A stretch of 64,000 bases of DNA, from assembly GCF_001194135.2 (NCBI RefSeq), contig NC_068981.1, forward strand, positions 49,438,319 to 49,502,318, in the 5' to 3' direction. The notes beneath the pieces are model-generated. The model had not been told where the DNA came from, did no database searches, and saw only the letters and a list, made by a program, of their open reading frames with translations. This stretch comes from Octopus bimaculoides (Eukaryota). A program made the position numbers and the translations under genes. This document shows, in pieces, positions 55,032 to 64,000 of the stretch (positions within the stretch are counted from its first letter, which is position 1; each line of letters starts with the position of its first letter).

Positions 55032-55868
55032 ATATTCACCTGAAAGCGTTACCGACGGGCTAAGTAACGCAATGACAAGTCGAATTATCATAAGATCGTC
55101 CACACTACAATAAAATTAACTTAGTTTCTCACGAAGGATGAAGAGAATAGTTAACTTAATTGGAATAAGAACTCAGAACTTAAAATGCCGTATTCATATA
55201 CCACTCTAGATATTTCTTGTCTCTATAATTGTGCTTAAGAACATTGACAACATATTCGATGATATCAATTTTCAATATGATTCTCGGTTTAGACTTATAT
55301 GTCAGTGAGCATCATATCCGATGTTCTTTCTATGCGTTTTTCGTAGCCTATTGTGTCATAAGCTTTTGTTTCACTTCCATCGCTTCATAGCCATCTTACT
55401 TACGTTCTCGACGGTATAACTCAGGAGGGAGATACTAAATAATACATAGATTATCTAGCGTAAATATTATTTTGTAATATGATATTTTTGCAATGACAGC
55501 TTTTTTATTGATGTGATATAAAGTGTAGCGTATTTGTGTTGAAATCAATAGTGGCAAATCAAGATATTTATTACACTCAACTTATATTTGACATGGGATC
55601 CTTTTTTACAGTGAGATATTTTAAGCTATTTTTTCATCCAACAATTACTAGATTTATACAGCAAAGATGATGTCACAATACTCTCGGATATACCTGAAAT
55701 CCTCTCTCATCGGAAGTGTCCTAAATGCAATCTCACATAATTCAGTTTCTCCGTAAATTTTCTTGAGATTTAAACGTCAGCAAATTTTTATCTTTCAAAG
55801 AAAAGTTTGGTAAGTTTGATTTCTGATCGCAGCAATCTGGTATCTAATATTTAGATTGCTGTCTCTTT

Positions 55869-57118
55869 CGAGCGTGTACCCCAAAGAAATCGGAATTTTG
55901 CAATATCATTTTATCCGCTCAGTTTTACATGTTTACACTCTTATCGCCTCCAAAGTATTCTCCATTTGAAGCAATGCATCGGTCCAGACACGTTTTCTAT
56001 TTTTTGAAGCATTCCTGGAACTCTTTCAACACCGTCGTCTTTTTCTTCACTTCTATATCTGCAAGGCATTTTCCTTCAGGGAATGTTTTCATTCAGAGGA
56101 ATAAAAAATGTCGCAAGGAACAAGATCGGGTGAGTAGGGAGAGTGGGTAAGCGGGCTCCTGCAATTTTTTTTTATCAAAAACTGTCTCACAGTGAAGGCG
56201 GCGTTTATACCGGTGCATTATCGCAATGAAACCACCATTCTCCACTTTGCGTCTCGCAACACCTTCAGAACTTCCAAGAAAAATGTATGGTCAACAGTTT
56301 GGCTGGGAGGAACTAATGCTGTGTGCACAATTCCTGTCACACTGATGAAACTAATCAGCATTGTTCTGACATTGGACTTCACTTGACGCGCTTTTGAGTG
56401 CATGGTGACTTTGGATTCCCAATTGATTTGGTTATTCCGTTTTCGGGTCGTAGCGGTAGCACCACTTACGTCACCAGTGATGACCTTTGTATAACGGTCC
56501 TGATCAACTACCAACAGTTCCTTCAGTTCACGACGCGCATTCAGTCGTGACTGATTTTGATGTTCTTTGAGCAGCGAGGCACAATTTTTACTGCTACTCT
56601 CTTCATTCGAAATTTCTCTCTTAGAATTCGTTAGAAAGAGCTGCTGGACACACCAGCCATATCAACAAATTGATAAATTATTCGGCGGCGGTTCTCCAAG
56701 TTCAGATCATGAATTTTCGCGATGTTTTCTTTCGTTCGGGTGGCCCTGAACTAGGTTGGTCTTCAATTGAGAAGTGACCATTCCTAAAGCGTGAAAACCA
56801 TTCGTAAGCTTGTGTTTGCTCGTGTCAGCGTCCTTGTAAGCTGTTTGAAGCATGACAACTGCTTCGGCCGCTGTTTTCTCCAGCAAAGTAGCAGAATTTC
56901 AGGGAAGTACGCGTCGTTTCAGTCATCACAAAATTGGACGTTTAGGAGAGAAACACTGCAAAATAAAGACCCACCACCACGTGACAGTACGACTGTAGAG
57001 GTTGACGCCGGACGACAGACTGATGCCTGAAGTTTGCATCAAGTAGCTTCTAGCGCCAGGGACCTGATTACGAAAGTGTTGTCCCATAGAGAATGCTTGC
57101 AGTTAATTTTGGATCTCG
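55869..57118 (-). mobile_element. Near full-length decayed mariner (irritans-like), ~1.25 kb
   Basis: Ends CGAGCGTGTACCCCAAAGAAATCGGAATTT (55869) and the reverse complement TA|CGAGATCCAAAATTAAC (57118). Transposase pieces: KFCY..KTAAEAVVMLQTAY..YEWFSRFR, SNVRTMLISFISVTGIVH..PPSQTV, RCIASNGEYF. Confidence 0.88.
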
Positions 57119-58403
57119 TATCTTTCATAGCTTTTCATGGAACTGCAGAAAGTGAAGGTGTCGATTGACTCGTAATAAGAAGATTCTACGAGATCGATAT
57201 ACATCAGAGATGAAGTACGACACATCATACAGCTAATCACATCACACCGACTTCAAAAAGGAAGGATATTTAGCAGCCCATGCAATGTAAATCAATGTTT
57301 GTTAATGATGAAATGCATTTTATTTTAATTCTTTTCGGCCAAGATTGGACTATGTTAAACTACAACAACAACTGGTAATTGTTCATCAAACCTGAATCGA
57401 TGAACTAAATAAACCTCTGAGATAGATGGATGGACACGCAAGTTATATCAATGTAGGTAATTACCGCAAGCCATTTGTTTTACATGACACACTACAGACC
57501 AAAATTAATAGTGCTACTTACAAATATTTTCACATATCTATTCTCACGCGGGCAAGATGTGCACAAGCTCTTATAATACCAGGAATGGTATGTTGTTATA
57601 CAGTCGTTTCATGGTGTGGAACAAGGTAAAATTGTCATCTTGCAGAAATCCTCGTGTTCGAAAAGATGTTTTCAAATGGCAATGCAGTATAATTGATATA
57701 TGCAAACACGCATTCTTTTCTTTTGTGCATCAAACGTTTTATTCAGTATAAACATTTTCTTCAGCGAGTATGTTGACTGCTTTGAAGCTTTGAAAAACTT
57801 TTCAATATCCACATGTGTTGCTTTGGATCCTGAATTTGATTAATGCTTTTTATGTCCAGTTATAGAAAGGCCGTTTTTATTTAATACTAGCAGAGGCACC
57901 CGGCGTTGCTCGGGAATGAAATTGTTGCTTATATACTTGAAGAAAAAAAGGCAAAATATGCTGTATAGAAATTTGAGGATATTCTGTAGATGGACTCTCA
58001 GATGAATGCTGGCTAGCCGCCTCTCATGAATGGGGAAAATTGAAGATGTGCCAAAAAGCCTCATTGGTACTTGGAAACTTTTACGAAAATTAAAACGGGG
58101 ATTAAATGAAAAAAATGATTTACGTGAATATCCTCACAAGAGTAATTGAAATAAATGGCGATTGTGGAACCCCCCACGCACGCACGCTCGCGCACGCGCA
58201 TACACACGTGTGTCTTTGTAAATATGTTTGTATAAATTTATGTATGTGTGTGTTTGTAAGATACAGAGTGTGAGTGAGTCAAGGGGTGTGTGTGCGTGTG
58301 TATGTGTGTGAGACAGTNNNNNNNNNNAGAGAGAGAGGTTTATTGTCATGTATATGCACATGCATAAATATACATACATCTTTGGATGTATGCATATGAC
58401 AAC

Positions 58404-58546
58404 GTGTTTGTAAGAGACAGAGTGTGAGTGAGAGAGTGAGGTTTGTTGTCATGTATACGTACATGCATAAATATACATACATCTTTGAATGTATGCATAT
58501 GACAACACAGCCCTTGACTCACACACACTCTGTCTCTTACAAACAC
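58404..58546. repeat. Nested palindrome
   Basis: Perfect 23-bp outer arms GTGTTTGTAAGAGACAGAGTGTG (58404-58426 / 58524-58546) and inner TGTTGTCAT/ATGACAACA arms. Confidence 0.8.
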
Positions 58547-60704
58547 GCACGCGCGCGCATACACACGTGTGTCTTTGTAAATATGTTTGTATAAATTTAT
58601 GTATGTGTGTGTTTGTAAGATACAGAGTGTGAGTGAGTCAAGGGGTGTGTGTGCGTGTGTATGTGTGTGAGACAGTGAGAGAGCGGTGTGCATGTAGTAT
58701 TTACTTTCTCTCTCTCTCTCTCTCATACACACGAACACACACACTCACACACAAAATAGAGAGTGAAAGCTTTTTGCCGTTGTTACGTCAATACCGGAAG
58801 TTGACATTGAGGAACCTTTTTAAAGAAGTGAATCTTAAATATAAAGCAATATTATTTATTTTTAATTAAAAAAATCAAATGAAGAGCCTAAGATTTATCC
58901 GAGGTCAAATTATTCATGTATTACAAGTATGGAAGCATTTGGTGAAGTCGATTTCACGTGAAAAGCGATTACACACACATCTCTGTTTTATATATAGTAT
59001 AAATAAGCAACTTAACTTTATTATTCAGATATCGTAATACAATATTCATGGTTAACAAATAAAAGAATTGTGTAATATTTTAATTAATATAGTCTTCGAT
59101 ACAAAACTATTACATGCAGCATCTTTTTCTATATTACCAATTAATCATCACTTTTTTTTTTTAAACCAGATATATTTTCCTATATTATATTGCAGATTAA
59201 TGCAACCTATCGTGGAATAAATTTCAAATAAATTTCAAACCCGTTACGGATATGTTCTCCATAATTGGCGTAATGTTAATTTCAATCTCAAATTAACAGT
59301 CTTGCAAAAGATAATGTTTGATTAATTCAGTATTCTGTTCGTATACTGTGATATTTCATCGTAACATATAATTAAAAAGGGTATGATGTAGCCTTTAAAT
59401 GCTAGTTTAAGTTATTTATTTGGTTTATAGGGAAATTGATCATTCCGATATTTAGTAGAGGTATTCCAAACGAGACATTTCTCCATTTATTCTTATATAA
59501 TTGAAAAGCGCAACTTAAATATAAAATGCCACAAAATACAGCATAAATATTAAACCAAGTCACTACAACAAAAATAATTACGTCAAAAAGATGAAACAAA
59601 CGGCTACAATTTTGATAAAAGAAACTTTAAATATATTTCACTAAAACAAGCATATAAAAATAATGAATCTGAAACGAATTAATTTAAAATGAGCGAAAAC
59701 CACTAAAATTAACCTAGCTAATCAGATGTTCGGCTAATCACACAAACCTTCAATAAAGTAAAACTAAGAGTGCTATTTAATGTCACTAATGAATAAAACT
59801 TCTTGAAATGAAGGTAACTGCTAGGAAAATATATTAATACATGGAATTATAAAATTGCAGCTAGCTAATATCTAAATCCCATTTTAAGAACAGCCGGTTT
59901 ATTATAGCCAATTTAAAGTCGGTGTTTTAACCATAATTTTAAGGTAATGATTTTAACGTATTCATGGAAATATATAGCTGTTTTTTAAAATTGTTTGTGC
60001 TATCACATGTAAATTAGTGCCTCCCATTAAATAGAAATGTATAAATGATCAGTTCTGAATGTCTTTGAAAGCTGGTATCTTAGAAACCTCTATTATTTCT
60101 AAATCGAATGCTCTCACTGTCGGAACACAGCAGATTATACGATAAGGAAAATAATTTGTATTTAACATACAAATGTATGCATATTTTTTTTTATTTTTAA
60201 TCAATCATAGATGTAAAAAATTGTTAGGAAGTAAAAAACAATAATTTTGCACATACGCGTAGAAACCTAAACGCGTGTGATTATATATGCATACACACAT
60301 ACATTCATGCTCAAGCGTACATAAAGACGCACGCACACACACACACATACACACATACACACACACACATACACCCCCCCCCACACACACACACACACTA
60401 CCAAATTCAAAACGCTCTGTTCGAATGAAGTTATTTAATTGAATGTCCATCCATAGCTGAGATTTTGCTCAACTTACAATACGCAGTGACTTCAACGAAA
60501 TGGAAGTAGTTACGTACATACATCCAGACACACATGCACACTTATATATATGTGTGTGTGTTTGTGTAAGCATATGTGTGTGTGCGCGTGTGTGCGGCTA
60601 TGCAAGAGTGAATGAGAGTGATTCTATCATTATTGATGGAATGAAGATACTTAATGGTGCGCGTTGCTCAAAGCAGGGACTTGTAACGCTCACACAGAAT
60701 TTTT

Positions 60705-60894
60705 ACTCTAGGCACAAGGCCCGAAATTTTTGGGGAGGGAGTCAGTCGATTAGATCGACTCCAGTACGCAACTAGTACTTAATTTTTCAACCCCAAAACG
60801 ATGAAAGGCAAAGTCGGCCTCGGCGGAATTTGAACTTAGAACGAAATATTGCTAAGCATTTCGCCTGACGTGCTAACCTTTCTGCCAGCTCGCC
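60705..60894 (-). mobile_element. tRNA-derived SINE (family B)
   Basis: Minus head GGCGAGCTGGCAGAAAGGTTAGCACG..AAATGCTTAGC..GTTCAAATTCCGCCGAGG. Confidence 0.85.
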
Positions 60895-61069
60895 GACTTT
60901 GAATCTACTTTAAGTTCACCAACAGGATGTGCGTGTGTATATGTACACATAATTTATCGTTCATCTTTTAATTGTTTCAGTCACACGCACACACACATAC
61001 ATAGACACAAACACAAAAAAACACACACATACACAGCCATACATACGTATGTATGTATGTAGGCTCGTC

Positions 61070-61225
61070 GAATATACGAAGGGTTCCTTTCACTTTCTGT
61101 CTAATTTATCCACTTAAAAGGATTAGTTGGCCCAGTCTGATAGTAGAAAACACATGCCCTGGGTGCTTTGCACTGGGACTGAACCCAGAAAAATGTGGTT
61201 GGGAACCAAGGCACCTAGTACATAG
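61070..61225 (-). mobile_element. Degenerate SINE family A
   Basis: Minus strand CCAACCACAT..GGGTTCAGTCCCAGTGC..CTACTAT. Confidence 0.6.
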
Positions 61226-63523
61226 TTAGGTCTCTTTATTTCTTTTTTTATTTCTCTTTACCTGTGCATTATATTCGATTGTTATGCGTATTTACTAGTT
61301 TTTATTGAAGACTTTATCCGAGAAATATAATTTACCACAACCCACAGTAAAATCGGACTTGTTTAGGTTATTTTCTTTTTTAACACAATCTCTGCCTGCC
61401 TAAATATATATATATATATTGGTTAATAAATTAAACAATGAATTAATGATTAAAGTAGTACGCTGCGTTTTCGTGACCGTTTCAAAAGTAAACAATTCAG
61501 TAATACTTTTGTCTACGTTAAATAACAAATTTCATATAGACCACCGTTGTCTCTGTGGCTCATCAATTAATACACGCATATACTTTCATACACGCACGCA
61601 CGCAAAAGCGCGCGCGCACATAAGCGTATTGCACTCACACACAGAGACATTTCTGGGTATATATATATGAGTGCGCGCGCGTATTTGCGTTTTGCGCGTA
61701 TGTGTGAGTTTGTGTCTGTCTGTCTGTCTATCCGTCTGTGTATTTGTGTGTGCGTGTGTTTATGTGTGCGTAGTTTGTGTACTATATTTTGAGGAACAAA
61801 TCGAATACAGATTTACATGAAATTTGAAATTTAATATCGTTAAGCATACTAATGAATGGTTTGCAAGTATGCATTCAAATGAATAATATGGGAATTGATT
61901 TAATAGAAATTTAATTATATGACTGTAATGAAAATAACCAAAGGAGGCTTATAATTATGTTTAAATTTTGTTGCTTTCCTCACTCTAAGATCTATAACAT
62001 ATTCAAACATCCACAGGATAATTTTTATACCACGCTTCGTAATTCCGGTTGTTTATGCGGCATGATATCACAGTGGGTATCAGTATGTATACAACTTACA
62101 TTTTAAGGATGGCATAATATTTATGAAATGTATCGTGTTTTAGTCTGGCTCACTAATATACTAAGATAGATATAGCTGTTATACACTATGGACAAATACA
62201 CAAATAGATTAGTAAGTGAACACAATACACTATTTCCGTTACAATACATAAATTTCTCCTTGCAAATGAGATTGAATTTTCAATAAGGGATTCTTCAAGT
62301 AAATATAGACATTGTACGAACGGCAGCATTAGAGCTTACATGTAAAATAAAAAAAAGAAGCAATATTTTATTTCTCGTAAAAATGTTTTAAAAGAGACAA
62401 TTTTGTAGCGATTCTGTTTACTAAATTTAACATAAAACCAAGCTTGTGATAAAAAACAAGCTGAAATATTATGTTTGCAATGACCTACTTGTGAAAAATA
62501 TACGACACATTCGTAAGAACTTATGTAACGAATATAGTGTTTATACATATATAAATAGATAAATGTATATATATATATATATACAAACAGAGAGAGAGAG
62601 TGAATGAGAGGGAGAGAGAAAGATACATACGTATATATAATATGTGTGCATATATATATTTACACATACACGCACGTACACACAACACACGCAAAACACA
62701 TGTAAAGAACGCACATGTGTATGCATAAACGCACGTACGTGTATATATATNNNNNNNNNNNNNNNNNNNNNNNNNNNNNNNNNNNNNNNNNNNNNNNNNN
62801 NNNNNNNNNNNNNNNNNNNNNNNNNNNNNNNNNNNNNNNNNNNNNNNNNNNNNNNNNNNNNTATGTATATGTGTGTGTGTGTATGTGTGTGTGTGTGTGT
62901 GTGAATATGTGTGCCTGTGTGTGTGTGAGTGTATGCGAATGTGAGTAAGTTAAGTAATTAAATCAATATTAAAATATAAGTTTATGCTCTTACAACTTAT
63001 TTATGTGTGTAAACCATTTAGTCTTGCAGACCATTAACTTTGGAATAATAAACTTGAATTTTCGCAAATCAGAGAGTAAAGTGATTGTAGCCATTTTAAT
63101 CTTGGAGTTTTGGCTAATTTCCAGTGTTACTGAAGCTCACGCCATTCACTGACAAAGGAAACGCGGAATTATGATATAATGTATATATATATATTTCATA
63201 TGTATACTTGACATTTTAGATAATATTGAAGTGCTATACTTATTTATTGACTAGAGATTATTGTTTTGTCTTGATGTCATCACCATGCAAATAAAATATG
63301 GTTTTCTGCAGAGTTTCACTTACGCGTTGAGAAATCTGAACTTTCGGAACATCAGTAATCACACAGAGAATACATAAGAGCTTACATATATACATGCATA
63401 CTTATAAATACGTGCATGTATGTATACATATAAATATATACTCATAAGACGTATATATAAATAAACTATATGTATACGTTTATGAAGTTGTGTGGCAAGA
63501 TTCCTGATGTTAAGTCGTTTGTG

Positions 63524-63884
63524 ATATTGTTGTATTTCGGGACGGAATTTCTTTTCTTTTGCCATATAAGCATACGCACTATATATACGTTCTTCAACTG
63601 TTTATTACCGTTCTTATTCTAACTCATGTCGATTGTCCGAAATATTTCGTCACATATCTGCGACCTCCTCAGCGTCACTTTTCGTCTTCGCGTGTGCTCT
63701 TGCTCTGCTTACATAAATAAGTAGAGCAAGACCAAACACGAAGACGGAACGTCTCGCTTATGAGGTCACAAGAGAAATATTTCCGTAGAGTGAACAGTAA
63801 TAAACCAGTGAAGAACGAATATATAATGCGTGTGACTATTTCGCGAAAGAAGAAAAAAAAATTTCCACGTGGAAAATACAATAT
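63524..63884. repeat. Imperfect palindrome with a 64-nt central hairpin and hammerhead-core remnants in both arms
   Basis: Central stem 63683-63746 has 29 bp, 3 mismatches and 1 wobble. The arms share GAGGTC..GAAATATTTC and GTAATAAAC..TGAAGAACG.ATATATA.TGCGT. Confidence 0.75.
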
Positions 63885-64000
63885 GTTAAAATTATGTTAT
63901 ATGACATACCGTAGAATAATAAGAAATATATTGGGAAGATATACCAATCCCTGTATTCGTTATAATTACTGCATATATATAGATATATATACATATATAT

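Noticed and set aside
58195-58677. Exact ~120-bp direct repeat (58195-58317 / 58554-58677)
   Set aside because: The first copy ends at a 10-N gap, so an assembly artefact is likely; it cannot be trusted without reads.

Overview
AT-rich, microsatellite-dense, gap-ridden animal draft-assembly DNA. About a dozen N-gaps occur, mostly flanked by (TA)n. The tRNA-headed SINE families and repeat landscape look like an octopod cephalopod (inference from recalled repeats, not a database match). I found no convincing host protein-coding gene, rRNA, bona fide tRNA gene or CRISPR array. Most ORFs in the track are artefacts of microsatellites or N-gaps. What can be supported is decayed mobile DNA: four mariner copies from three apparent lineages (two near full length with TIRs), LINE fragments (Tx1/L1, RTE, CR1-like), Penelope-like (PLE) RT and GIY-YIG fragments, many tRNA-derived SINEs, and several foldback structures. 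The best lead is a ~98% identical 341-bp inverted repeat (44909-45249 / 45551-45891). Each arm folds by eye into a type I hammerhead ribozyme reading outward from the centre. A decayed second structure with the same geometry lies at 63524-63884. A second lead is an RTE LINE family whose ORF2 ends in three tandem C2H2 zinc fingers (three copies here). All alignments and folds were done by eye, and boundaries are approximate unless TIRs or arms are quoted.
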